From Trichoplax sp. H2 (Eukaryota), in the NCBI GenBank assembly GCA_003344405.1, contig NOWV01000141.1, positions 124,001 to 188,000 on the forward strand: a DNA stretch of 64,000 nt, written 5' to 3'. The notes under the pieces were generated by a model that saw nothing but the letters and a program-made list of their open reading frames with translations, did not search any database and was not told where the DNA came from. The position numbers and the translations under genes are program-made. Below, in pieces: positions 37,929 to 52,200 of this stretch (within the stretch, counting starts at the first letter, position 1; each line of letters opens with the position of its first letter).

Positions 37929-40304
37929 CTAAACGTTGCAATGATAATTTTGCAAAGAACTAGAGTGGGCAAAAATAGACTGTTTCAGCTATCGTTACAA
38001 ATTGAATGTATCTAGCATATCGGAAACTTTTGCTCGCATGCTATTAATGCTTATTGTATTCTATGACAGAATTTGAAGGAAACCACAACCTTTCGGAAAT
38101 AGTCTGCCATGATCAAATCCTTGTATGTTGTATTTGTTGATTTCTGATAAACTCAAAATAGAATCGCCGTTTTATCCAACCGATGTTAATCCAACTTGAG
38201 TGTCAATGATATTTGACTTCACGTCTAGATAGAAACAAAATTACAACACAGATTAAGATAGAATCAATTCAACTCCTTCCTCTAGCCTCTACAAAATCCA
38301 TCATTTGACTAGAATTGTACTTTAATTAAATGCTTGATTAATCACCATAACAACATTTAATTCAAGATTTTGGTAACATAAGGACGTGATAAGGTTATAC
38401 TCTTCTTTGCTCTTATGTGTGGATCTAACTTTCAATAGCAACGCAATATAGATTGCTGTACAGTCTATATTTTCATCCAATAATAGGTATTTTATAGATT
38501 TACTGATAGTGTACGTAGGAAAGCGTAAGAAAGTCAAAAACTGCATTTAAAGGCAGAAAAAAAGTTGAACTGTTGTTTTGCTAGTCTATCATATCAAATT
38601 GATTCTGTTGAGGATAGCAACTGTATATTGGGCAAATATTATCATTAAAAAAAATTAATTTTTTCTTAGAAACGGTAGCAATATTGCGATATACGACGCG
38701 AATATTTTTTGTCAAGCATCGACGATAGACATGATAAAGACTGGGTTTGATTTGATGTTTGATGGCCTAATACCGTATAAATGTAGCCATAACATTTACG
38801 ATCATAGTATCCATCAATTATTCGCCAACCTGTCACGAATAGAATATAGAAAACCAATGGAGTACAAACACACTGGCCTCATAAACAAATTGGCAATAGC
38901 TGCTAAGTATGCATACTTATCACCGGTAGATTACCATGTTTTTTAATTTCAGGCACAAACAATTATACAACACTGTATTGGACTCGTGTAATATATAATT
39001 ATTTGCTTTCTAGCCTTTAAAGTAGTATCTACGGCAACTAAAGGATATCTTTCCGAAGGCAAAGCCTACGTCATGAAACAATGGCCAATTTCTCAAGTGC
39101 CACCTTATTTAAGGTACTTTGGTATTTTTTCCCGATATTGAAGATAGCATGGACTACACCTGAAATGTTCTCTTTCTGAAAGTAAAGGCTAGCTATGTCA
39201 ACCTTAATAAATGCAAGGAATTTTTTCTACCACTGCCTTATTGGGATTGGTTTACTGGCATAAATATTGATGTATCTGCATGATCTACTACGTAACAAAC
39301 TACGTTAAGTTTGAGGCAAGTATCCATTATTAAGTTAGTCTTTTGTTGGTAGAATCAGCGCGTGTATTGCTTTCTTCCACATAGAGTCAACATTTTTTTT
39401 CTACTATATTGCTAACGATCTTAATTGTTGTTGTTTATTTTCAAGTGGTATGACTATGAAGTCCTCGTACTGGATAATAACAGCAGCAAATCAATTGCTA
39501 TTTATTTGGCAAAATTGTTATTCTGCTTGCGTTGGGTTAACGACGATCGCTAATATCATATGATTCATTCTTAGCTAACAGCGATAATTCAATTGTTGAT
39601 TTCATTAGTAAAGAGTCACTGTGAATCACGATGGGAATTTCTGACAGTTTTGTTCGAACGAGAATGATGAAGGAATCATTTTTAATCATCCAGTACTGTC
39701 GTGAAAAATGCGATTGACATGATCATTTAGTATAGAGTACCGTGGAGAATGGTATCAAGTGTATCATCGTGACTAATTGCATATAAATAAATAATATTGG
39801 TTAAAGTCGATAAGCCATAGAGCAAAAGAGTTGTTGATTTCAGTGCTGAGAAATACGGTCAAAACGTGCATAAAATATGAGACAGGCAATGTCCTTCAAA
39901 GTGTACCAAGCATAGTATTTGCTATGGAAAATTTAATTTTTTCCTCGTAGAAATTCTTTTCTAAACAAATTGAAATCATCAAAGTAGTGTTATGGCGATT
40001 TTTTCAGCAATAACGGTAAGCACATTAAATCAATTTTTTTCCGGTGTTGGATCATTTTTTTGCATAGTATAACTTTACAGGCATATTGATCCAATTTTAC
40101 CCGTACTGTCCATGCAAGAATCGTCAAAGTGCATCGCAATCATATCGATATACTTTGCCATGCAATCATGTGAAAAATGACGAAACACATGGTAGATTGT
40201 CGTTGGTATTACATATTCTACGCTTGTTATTGACTATCCTATACACTGTACAGTATAGCATAAGTTCTTTTATCTTTCTTTTTCAACCTTGAACAGTCAG
40301 TAGT

Positions 40305-40945
40305 AAAGTAACTTCTATTTCAATTAGGAATAACTAGCAATGGATACTACTATCCAAGTCGAGTGCGATGGTCGTTGAGCAATCAAGCCAAAAAATCATC
40401 AAAAACAACCGTTGAACTAGATTGCGAACGATCCAATCATAACATGGAGTTGTTATGATCAGACCCTTGCAACATAAGATATTATGGATGGGATATTGCG
40501 ATCACAGTGATTTCTATTTCAATTAGAAATAACTAGCAGTGGATACTATTATCCAAGTTCAATTTAGGAATAACTAGCAATGGATACGATTATCCAAGTT
40601 GAATGCGATGGTCGTTGAGCAATCAAGTCAAGAAATCATCAAAAACAATCGTTGAACTAGATTACGATCGATCCAATCATAACATGGAGTTGTTATGATC
40701 AGACCCTTGCAACATAAGATATTATGGATGGAATATTGCGATCACAGTAACTTCTATTTCAATTAGGAATAACTAGCAGAGGATACTATTATCCAAGTCG
40801 AATGCGATGGTTGTTGAGAAATCAAGGCAAGAAATCATCAAAAACAATCGTTGAACTAGATTACGATCGATCCAATCATAACATGGAGTTGTTATGATCA
40901 GACCCTTGCAACATAGGATATTATGGATGGAATATTACGATCACA
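40305..40945. repeat. Young tandem repeat: 3 x ~199-bp units plus a 41-bp partial duplication
   Basis: aacatggagttgttatgatcagacccttgcaacat at 40441, 40681, 40880; units nearly identical. Confidence 0.95.
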
Positions 40946-42689
40946 AACGAGATTAATCGACATTACCGAATGGCTGGCTCTTCCAACTTGAAGCAAGGTA
41001 AAAAGGCAGAAAAGAAGAGCAATCTTAATCGGCGATGTGGTTAATTTCAATTTTAAGCATGTCCTTTTAGTCCTTGTTTAGACTGCTTTTAGGCGAAGAA
41101 GAAAAAAGTCCAATGGGTCAAGCTTGATCCTCCCTGCAGGTTATTCCAGCGTTCTCCTACTATCCTCTTTCACGTATTGCTTGTTTCCGCTACCTTACTC
41201 TGTCTTGACCGCGTGTCCAAGCAAGACAAGGAGAATAATTAATGTAAACAGTCGAAGTAGGACAATTGGGGTTGGGCTACCGTGCCAGGGCAACTGAACC
41301 ACTTAGACCATTGTACAGTACTGTACTTGTCCCTGCTTGGACGATGTACACAATGATATTGTAGGTAAAGGGTGGAAAATGGGGGCCTGTTTACCCCCCC
41401 CCCCCCGCATGTCGGACCGACAATGGCTTGCACGAGATAGGATTTCTTTTTCCTGATGTCCCTTATGTTGTACAAGTTGTACATGTTGTACAATGTACAG
41501 ACAGTGGAGTGTATATATAGTTGGCGATGCCTTTCTACATGTTATGTTGACAGATGTACTGATGATGGTGCAAACTAATCATGAAAATGGCGTCTTCAAC
41601 CAATGCATTGGTTGCGCTGGATAAATCGATAGCGCGACGGTTTCCGATTGCTGTGCACATCGGACTAATCAATCAATCAATCCATCATGACTATCCCAGT
41701 CCAATAAAACTGCATTGGGCTTTCCGGTCTACAGATATCATCGCCAACAACAATGTAGAATGAATCGACAAGAGGATGAAAAAGATGTTGTTGCCTTGAT
41801 GTGGCTTGCAGGTGCGAGCTTCCAACATTGTACATCGCTGATCAAGTTACCCTTGGCATCGGGAAATCACTGCCTATGCAAGTGTTGGACATTATCAGCC
41901 ATGAATCAATACTGAAAAGGACTGGGCAATGTCTCTGTTTACGCGCTGGCGTCAATTCTATTCGCCATAAATGAGTAATTGAATAAATTGAATTGCACAG
42001 CTCAAACTAGCTAGTCATGGATAGCAGCTGTACTATACGCTCCATGAGTAGTTTACACGATGAGCGGTGTATTCATAGTGTTTTTCGAGTAGTCTATGCT
42101 ACAGTACATGTCATAATTTAGACTTACACTGGTGGACAATTCAATATTATGCAATGGAGTGCTAGAAAATTGTCGTTTCCAATTTCTGCAAGAGGTATTC
42201 CTCTCATGACAGTCGCAATCCCTCTTATTACAGTACCACTATCGACATGCGCTATCTCCGCCATCCCCACCACCCGCCCCCATACCATCCCCATCACCCG
42301 CCCCATACCAACACAGTGAAATCCCTCCCATAGTACTGTATGAGTCAGCAATTGAATACAGTATACTGTACAGTAGTAACAGCACAGTCAATGGTTAATG
42401 ACAGTTATCGACACGGACTTGTAGAAATAGACAAGACTACCAGTACAGTACAAAATGAACTCTGTAAGTTGGCCTAGCGGAAGGCCTCGAGTGTAAACGG
42501 TGCTAAATTCCTTACTAAAAGCTACAAAAATGAACAAAAAATGAGCTTAAAATGAGCTGAAAATGTCGTCAACATCAGTTAACCTCTCAACACAACCTTG
42601 GTAAACAATTCCAAATAAACAATCGTCTACAGTACTATATACTGTGCTTTACAATGATATTTATTTCTGCACTGTAGCGAAACCGGATA

Positions 42690-42815
42690 CACGTGACAGT
42701 TGCACGTGACACCAACACACGCAGCTGATACGCTTGTCCAACGCAGCTGATAGTGAATGACAAGGACTACTGAAACGATAGCAAATTGCTACAATATCAG
42801 TATGCAGTTCACGTG
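42690..42815. promoter_or_regulatory. E-box cluster upstream of CDT1
   Basis: CACGTG at 42690, 42703, 42810; CAGCTG at 42722, 42744; about 200-320 bp before the CDT1 ATG. Confidence 0.45.
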
Positions 42816-43009
42816 GCTTGAATGGGATAAAAGAGTAGCGTCCCTGGATCGATGCTGATAGGACGAACTGCAAGGCTACCGGAAAAATCAATCAACCTGA
42901 TGTAAAAGCTAGTTAATCGTCGCCATGTCGGATTGAATTTCTTGAAATACTCTCCATTATACAAGCTTATCTGTCTACTGGTGTACTGCATCCAATAGGA
43001 ACTAGTCCA

Positions 43010-46000
43010 ATGTCTGGAAAACAGAAATTAGTAAATCAATATTGGACAGCAAGAAGAAATTATCGCCGTATAGCCACCAAGGAAAGGTAACGGATTGAGT
43101 TAATAGCTTGTAAATACTCCACCAGATGTTGGTTTAGTTATAGTATCAATAATCCTTCTTAAATAGTAAATACTGTCTGAATGACTGGATGAAGAACTTC
43201 AGACTGTCGGTAGATGGCAAATAATGACAGATCTGTGTCGGTAGTTGGAACACTTTAACCGATGCCTTCATCGATTCGTACTCTTAACACCTACATAGAG
43301 GACGAATGAACGACAGTTCATGATAACGCGTGTATTGATCTTCCAATGCAGACATGTGCAGCGGGTTTGCTCATAACTGTTATTGATCGGCAGAAGCAGT
43401 CTTTTCAAGTGACTGTAACAGCAATGCTAATAAGGTGCAACGACAGTACGATCAGGGATTAAAATCGTCCTTTTCCTACTTTTTCCACCGGTAGGACTAA
43501 GCACATTCCTTGTTCAAATCTCGTCAAACAAGAGAGATCATTTCTCTGTCATAATCTCGCGAATTTGTAACCAAACATTGCACCAATTTTATGATAGAGA
43601 AAATGTACATGTGAATTCTTATTGCAACAGTAGCTTGAGCTTGATCATGGCCATCTTTGCATCGCATGCTTGACAAAGTTAAAACTCAGGACACCTTTGT
43701 AACATCATGATCCATGCGATGATGACAGCCTTATTAGGGTAGTATCAATTTGTCAATTGCGATTGAATACGATCAACAAGTTGGAATCAATTAAACTGTT
43801 GTTTACCATCTCTTCATGATTTAATATGCCACACTCTACAATGAATTATCAATTTTGGGCTTTGATATGTTAAAATGGATAGAATATTACACTTGTAGTT
43901 AGGTATTAGATAATAAACACCTTCGTTAAAAGCTAGGGCAAAGCCTAAATATCTTAGTGCTCAATTTTTCATGCTTTATGTGCAATAGAATCTATAACGA
44001 AGATAATACAGCACCTATACAGGATCGTTCTGAAAGTAAACGTCCATCAACTCGTTCAACGGTATCCGTAAAATTAACCACTAATGATAATATAAATGAT
44101 CAAAGGAATGAATCAAAGTGCCAAACCACCTCAGATGTTATAAACCAGCAACCAGAGAAGGCAACAGCGGAATCGCCATTGAATTCCCCAGGTCAAAAGC
44201 GAAAACTGCAAAGCTCGTCATTATCAAATAATACCGAGACAAAAACTAAGGTAATAACTTTATATTTCCTCTAAATATCCTATTGAATAGTCTCGAAATT
44301 TTACAGCTTGACCATGCTTACGCACGAAAATTAAATTCAAAACTTTTTAAAATATAGCGCCAGCGCAAGGATGATATCAGTGGTGCTGCTGTTGAAGCGA
44401 ATTCCAATAAATCTACTGAAAGCAAACAAGATGTTAGTCGTTCACGTGGACGGTTATTAGCTAGTTCTACAAGGTTAGCTGCACGTATGATTGATAACAC
44501 AATTACTGTACTGCATCATCATACGTACTTACAGTATCCTATAGGTCATAAGGAATCATTATGATCTGGTCAAGCAATGCCTGATTTCTACTACTTCTTC
44601 ATAGACTAGTGCTTCAGTTGCTAATAATTTTAGAATTAGTGAATTCTTGAATTGAAAAAGTCTATATTTTCATACAAGTTGCATACTAACGAAACTGGTT
44701 AATAAATAAGCTTTTGGTTATGATATAGGATTCTGATTAGGTGAAATTTGTTAACAGTGCTATGAAAACGTATTTCTATTTGCAGTAAAAGTATTCCAGC
44801 ATATAAAAAATACCAAAATCTCATTACTCCTGAGCCAGCAGATGCTTCATTACCAATACCAAGCAAGTTCAGTGATCTGTATGAAATTTTTCATAGTATC
44901 GACACCGTTGTCAATCTATTGCATAATAGAAATGAAGTTTGTACATTTAGCAAGCTTAAACCGGCGGTACAAAGATTTTGTAAAAAGTAAGTATTAAATA
45001 AGGATGAAATTGGCTGTTGAAATTGTACTTTTTTCCTTATGAACTGTAAACTAACAGCGCATTTACAGTAAAAATTAAATATATTATTATTACTTTTATT
45101 GACTCACGCTTTTGTAATATTCTTTTCTTTTGAATCAACAGAAACTTTGACTTGAAGCATTTAGCTCAGATTAAGACGGTTTATCCGAAGGCTTACGTCT
45201 TCGAACAGGAAAGAGGATTAGCAAAAGATAAGACACAGAACACGAATACATCATCTAGTTACGACCTGACCATTAACTTTGGCTCCGAAGACGCTAGTCA
45301 TGGGTCTCAATCTAGTAATTTTCTAGCCATAATATTAAATTTCATTTATACGAGTACACTGACACCGATGTTTGTATATGTGTACGTGTACAGATGCAGT
45401 GTGTGTTATGAAAATCTCTAAATTACATAATCTATCTTTACTTTCGCATTTATAGCAAGGGGAAGAGAAATCATTAGCAAGATTACTGTATCAACGCTAA
45501 TTCAAAGGCAGACAACATTTCGAGACAATTTAATAAGGATTGTAAAAGATCATCATAAAGTATGTGACACGCTGACAAAGTATTGTTGACACATAAGACA
45601 TAATTTATCTTTCAACTGTATAGTAATAATTATGTAATACGAGTGCATCCTGTCAAAATTTTCTAATCATGCGTAATTTCTTGATTCAGAAATTCCTTCA
45701 TAACATCAATCCAGCGCTATCGGCAATAACCGATATCAAGAGATGGCATCCAAGTTTTAAGCTTGATAAGGTTCCCGATATATGTGAGGCTGAATTACCA
45801 AGCCCACCGAAAGTAGAAACTTATAATACGGCGAAAGACGTTCTCAAGAAAGCTCGTAGCTTCCTACAGCCAAAAGTGAGACTACTGACATGATGCCGGC
45901 TTGAAGTTGTATTATCCGAGTTGCGATTCAACTTGGATTTCATATTATCTTTCTACTTAATTAGGCGATTTCGGCTTTAGAAAAACTCTCTTGTGGTAAA

Positions 46001-46878
46001 GACATTAACGCAGAGACTCCTATCGAGGATAGTTACTGTAGCAAAAATGCAGGAGAACTCGCCGATACTAATGTTAGCAAAACTAAGCTAATTTAATATG
46101 GGATAGTCATTGAATTAAAGATTATTTTATCTTGTTTATTGTCGTCTGCCTCGCACTAACTTGATTTTATTTGTCCGCAATTGTTGAATACAACTTACCA
46201 CATTCTTTGCATACACAGAATGATAGCCGTCATCTATCAAAAATCCTTAAGGGTGTACCACAATCCTTAATTGATAAGGTTCTTCCGAAATTTCCACTCT
46301 GTGTACATATGCGAACGAAATTAACTTTACTAATCCGTGACTTGTAAACGTAGATTAGAGAAAAGGAAGTCCAGAATATGAAAGAGCAACTCACTCGATC
46401 TCCGAGCGAGCAGAAAAAGTTTGAAATGTTAGGACGACTGCCAAATATATGTAACATAATTAAAAAGTAAGTATGTAACAATTACGTTGTATAAGCGTAT
46501 TTATCCACTGGACTTTATCCTGAAAATGTATTCTAATATTGGTAATAGTCACTTTCTTATCGAACGGAAAATTGCTATGCCTGTACCTGCGGTTTGTGAA
46601 AAGGTATCCGAAAGTTACAGTCCAAGTTTGTCTGCAGGTGACTACATCAACATAACTACTGGAATATTATCGTAACATATGAGTATATCTTTCTTATCGC
46701 AAACTTTTATTACAATTTTATTACAGATGCTGTAGAATCACATTTAAGGCTACTTACGGAAATTACAACGGATTGGCTATTTATTCTTAGTACTAGTAAA
46801 GGTGAATATTGTAAAATTAATAAAAATTCTAATATTAAAGACGCAATTGAAAAAATACAGCATCACCTTAATAAATGA
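43010..46878 (+). CDS. CDT1: DNA replication licensing factor Cdt1
   Basis: Exons 43010-43086 (MSGKQKLVNQYWTARR), 43989-44250, 44358-44473, 44786-44986 (PAYKKYQNL..LPIPSKF..FHSIDTVVNLLHNRNEVCTFSKLK), ~45142-45314 (LAQIKTVYP..FEQER), ~45456-45559, ~45690-45875 (RWHPSFKLDKVPDI), then exons with LKGVPQSLIDKIREKE and RLP, last exon 46727-46878. These match geminin-binding and C-terminal winged-helix signatures of animal Cdt1. Confidence 0.95.
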
Positions 46879-48842
46879 AACGTCAATACTTTGTAATTAC
46901 AAAAAAGTGAAAAAATATTATAGTTCACCTGAACACGATGTACGTATATACTATATTCTTTCACTTTCGTATGAAAGTGTGCTGTAATTAGTTGTTTAAT
47001 ATTTATTCTACCATTTTATATTTTATAAGTTATTTCTACGGGTAGCAAGTACGATCTTTGCGCCATGATTGAATAATTTCTATGAAATTTGTACTCGGAA
47101 ATACTCAAATATTTTGTTTCTTCAACTCACAGTAGCAATTTTAAGAACTATTCGTATTTCGTAAGATCAAGTGAATCTGATAGAAAGTATTTTGAGATGA
47201 TACTATTTTTAGCGTACTTTTGATGTCATGTCTGATCTGTTCACAAGATTAAAATGATTACGAAGAGTTCAATTATTACGACTTGTTCCAAAATGGTAAA
47301 TGACAAGGCAGCTATTGCCTGTATTTTGTAATTACTGGAATACATTTGCTGCAGCCAAATTTGTTAAAAAATGTCAATAATAAAAACTTTTGAAAATAAA
47401 ATTTTAAAATGATTTGCAGAATGGAAAACCCTTAAATCTACTTTCTGAAAGCATATGTTACCAAAGTGTCCAGTGAAATTTTGATTCGTTCGATCAGATA
47501 ATTCTTATCTCAAAACAAATTACGATAGATATATGCGTCATTTGTGAGTGACACATTCTGATAGCTAGACTTCATGTTACTATGCATTTTAAGCTTCTAA
47601 ATTTGTTTAAAATTTTTAGACACTTTCGTAAAATTGTACTACATTTTAATAAGTAATTACACGAAAGGTAATCATTTCAGCATATTTTGATCGAATAATT
47701 TGTGAGTTTTAACTTCTCGTGATCTTTTATGTTCATGAAAGTTCGTACCATTCTTTCATTGTCGCTAAAACCTCATTTTAAAAAGACTGATGTAGTTCAT
47801 AACAACAGACACCCTGGTAAGCGGATTTCGCTTGATTATAATTATTTATAGTAGACTTTTAAATTAGTTATGAGATGTCTATCTTACTGTATAGACAATA
47901 CTGCAAGATATTAATATTGCGCTCGCTTATTAATTATCCCTATTCAGTTTATTTCTATACATTATCGATATTTACCTGTAATATCGTAAGTTACGAAGGC
48001 GAATGACAGTTATCCAATCATTTTGATGAATATATCTTCAACTTAAAGAAATAGGTATACTGTGGTTTGTAAAGCTATCCCAGCGAATAAAGTTAATCAA
48101 TTACATTTTGATTTTTATATGAGCAAAATATTTTTAGTAGCCGTAGCTTTATGACATTGCTATTAAAAAGTACCTATCCAAAATACAGTTAATTCAACAT
48201 ATTTATGATGAAGCAATTTCAGATTTCATCTGGTGTCTAACGCTTCAATTTTATGAAAGTGAACATGCGTTTTGTACTAGTTTTATCAAATAAGCTTCGT
48301 CCCAAAAGATCTAGGTTAAGCACGTAAATAAAGGATCCTGGCAAGTAGATTACATCTGGCTATGTCTCTTAAGCTCTGTTAAGGATCTCTAAATATCACA
48401 CCAGCATATAATCTAGCCTTTGAGAAGTGCTAACTCAAAATTAAGTCATTTCGGCTTTATTTTTGATTGAGTAATTATTGCTTCTACATTTTTTATATCA
48501 TCAAATAATACTGTCCGACATTGTTTAACTTTTAATTCTATCAATACGCGCCATAGGTCGCTAATTATTAGAAACCCGTTAGTCATTCCAGTTAACATTC
48601 ATGCCATCAGAAAGCGACAGCTTGACCTTTTTCTGTTCTATCACAAATGATTTCTTATCAAAATTTCAATTAATGACCCTTAAATATATCAGTAAAGTCT
48701 AACAAGATTTCTACTATACGTGTAGCAGTATTACTTAGTGATATCTAGCTTTGGTTCTAATGTCACTAATTGAGAATAGAGTATAAAGTATTATTTTTTT
48801 TAGCCTATAAGTTAATCATTTAGTAATCAAAAGATTGCAAGT

Positions 48843-49200
48843 TAAATATAGGAATGAGCATATAGTAATAATTAAATTAACTAAATCTTAACACACCGGA
48901 CTTAATAGCGACAATTATTGTGTTTCAATCAACGTTGGTATCACGCTTTTATGCAGAGCGCTTTTAAGTCATGATTAATAGAATTTCGAATTATCTACTC
49001 AAATTACAGCTAGTAAATATAGGAACGAGTGTTTAGTAATAATTAATTAAATTAACTGAATCTTAACACACTGGACCTAATGGCCATCATTGTTGCGCAC
49101 CAGTTAACGTTTTGTATCATACAGTACTTATAAGTAGAGCGCATTTAAATCATGATCAATAGCATTTCTGATTATCAACTCAAATTACAGCTAGTAAATA
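48843..49200. repeat. Tandem duplication, ~170-185 bp unit
   Basis: taaatataggaa.gag at ~48843 and ~49014; actcaaattacagctagtaaata at ~48997 and ~49178. Confidence 0.85.
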
Positions 49201-52200
49201 ATAGCTATAATTGTCTATGAACAAGTTTAATTCAATTATGTCAGCAAATATTGTAAACGTCACAAAATTGACGTAATAATTTCATTCTAAGCTTGTAGAG
49301 TTACTAAACAAATACTATTAGGTTATGGTGTTCTCATAGCTACAATACATCATATACTGTTTATTGAAGGCAATATAGGCTAAAATATATAAAGGTCTAA
49401 ATAATTAATTAATATTGGGAACACAACCAGACATATTTAAAGAGCATCAACTTTAACCGTTTTTCTCAGATCTATTTCGTCATATCAACGATACATTCAA
49501 AATGGTAGACATCAAGTCCGTACGGATGCTAACGCAAATACTATCAAATCATTTACTTTCTCTTGTTAATATTATGGCATTTTACTTTAGAAAAATTTGC
49601 AACCCAATTGTATAGATCGTTTATTCAACGAACGATACTATAATAACCGTATGAAAGCAAATTCGCTATTTTAAATTTAATAACTGCTTAGACTTTAAAG
49701 TATGAATAGTTATAGATTTATAGACTCACTCACATACTGTAAAATGTAGTGCAGTTTCACCAGCCTTAACTCTTACGACTTGCTATAAGCCTATTTATGA
49801 TACACATACATAATGTGGATTGTTTCTTTTATTCATTAAATGTACAAATTTATAGTAGGCAAAAATATCGTACGACAGACTGAGTATTTATCACATCAGA
49901 CAATTATTATAAATTAATAAAATTCTATTCAAAGCTATATATCAAAGAATTACCTAAATAAGTAACATCCTGTAAAACCGATCTACGTAGCATTAGTCGT
50001 CTTTTAATATTTATTAGCATGATACATATATAAAATTTAATGGAAGATTACTGCTGAGTCTTTCAATGTGTAGATAGATTTTACTGGTAAATGGCTAATA
50101 TTAGATCAAGCAATAATTTTCCTTGTTGATTATTTTTTTAGGATCGGAAATATATATTGAATCAGCTAATTTAGTTGGGTTAGAGTACTTTAATTATTGA
50201 TATTTTATTATATTTTATTCTGTAAGATATCCAGTACATTTAATTCTAAAATCTTTTAATACCGGAATGACCTAGTATTGTCTAATGTTACCGTTAATTT
50301 TCATCGCCATATTTCGGAAGCTGTCGACAAACAACCGTAGATGAATTAGGTTAGCTAATTTACAAAATTAGTCTCAATAGTAACCGTAAATCTTTTTCGA
50401 AACTTATACATACGAATACAATAGATTGGGATGAAATTATTTTAATAAAATTCGTTTTAAAGGATGTAAGACTGTAGAAGAAAGCTGAATTTTGCAGGGA
50501 AGGCACATGTTTGTCAAGTAATGCCACTACCTGTACTTGAGAGAGTAATCGTGAGTTAAAATTATGGAGACGACAGCAGGTTTTCTTTCTATCATTATAT
50601 TCCTCAATTACAACGCTGCAATTTAAACTACATTCATCGTGGCTACATATGTAAAATCTATCGATGCTATAAATTTAAATTGGTGGCCATTACAGAAATC
50701 TATAATTTTTATTAACCACAGTATTCTATCTATCAATTTTTTCCTAAATCCACTCTTAAAACAATTGATATCATAATAAATCATAATGCTCACATAAATT
50801 GCCCTCATATTTGTTAGAAAGATGTTTTTTATTACTATATTTAATTCAATTTGATAATTTATAAAAATAATTTGCCTAGATCAGACGTAAATTATTTTGT
50901 CTGTATTTACTAATTATTAATCTTGAACACTGCAATGATTCAATCGATAACATAAAATCCACTTCATCATAAGCTTAACAGTTCCAAACGTTGGCTCAAT
51001 TTTATTGTACTGTATAGATATGAAATAAATTTTTTCTGATGACACAATGTTGCATATTGCAAATTATGAATAACATAAAATTCTAGGAGATAAGAGTTAT
51101 TGGATAAAATATTCAACAAATTTGTATTAGCATTTGAATTTACTAATGATATTCCTATATGGATTAGATATTTCAACGATCCAGGTGACGATAACTATGA
51201 CTCATTTATCACTTCGCTATATGCTTGGAAACATTTGTAGAGGATAAATTAAATATATTTAGCCCATTTGAGTCATCTAAAATTAAGTAAAATTAAAGAA
51301 AAATTAACGAAACAGATGATGCAGTCATGAATAGAACCTATTGGTATATTATGATATTGTATTCATATATCTGATTCTTTCCTTAATGAGAACATGAATA
51401 CGAAATTTTAACCTTTAATTGATTTCTTCTATAACATATATTATATCCTTGTATTTTGTCATTTTTTGTAAGCAATGATGTAAAACTTTTAAATTCTATT
51501 ACCTATATAAAAGGCAACATAAATTATAAATAAATCGATTTTATTTCTATTCTATGCAAGATACAATTTAATGTAAGATTTAAAATCATTGTTTTGAATT
51601 TACGCTATCTTCTGACCTCTTCTTTCTATAATCTACAAGATCTATTCATATTTTATTGGAGACTCAAAAATCTATTGTTATTCATTAATAACTTCTATTC
51701 AATATCATGATTAGAAGCTAGCATGATGCTATAATTATTTTTACTTACCCAAACATTAACTACCGTATCATTTATTAGGCGGACCTATCTTATTAAAAAT
51801 ACTGTGCAAGGAGTATATAACCTAAAATAAGCGGATACCTACAGTATAATCCCGTAACTTGATTCGTCGATTGTAAGTGTTATTTGCTTCCTTCCAGTTT
51901 AAATTTTGTCTAAGCTTATTTACTTTGCTGACGATCTTTCTTAATATTTAGTTCAACGGCTATTTAGACCGAATAATTTGCAGTTTGACTAAGTAATTAG
52001 CCATTATTAACTTCAAGACATTATAGCTAATAGGCTATTACCTACTCTATTCGGCTTTATCCATCCATTCTGTCTCTGTGATAAATTAATTTAATCGATA
52101 ACGCTGCTGCAGGTCAAGTAATTGGTTAGGAGAATTATATGAGGAAATAGAATTCTAAGAAAGTTTCGTGGCGCTTTCAATTACACACAACCATCATTAA

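Noticed and set aside
38090-38860. Candidate upstream exons or death domain of K5
   Set aside because: Several AG/GT segments exist, but no phase-consistent chain to a start codon could be built.
40305-40945. CRISPR-like array
   Set aside because: Whole ~199-bp units repeat with no unique spacers, there are no cas genes, and the context is eukaryotic.
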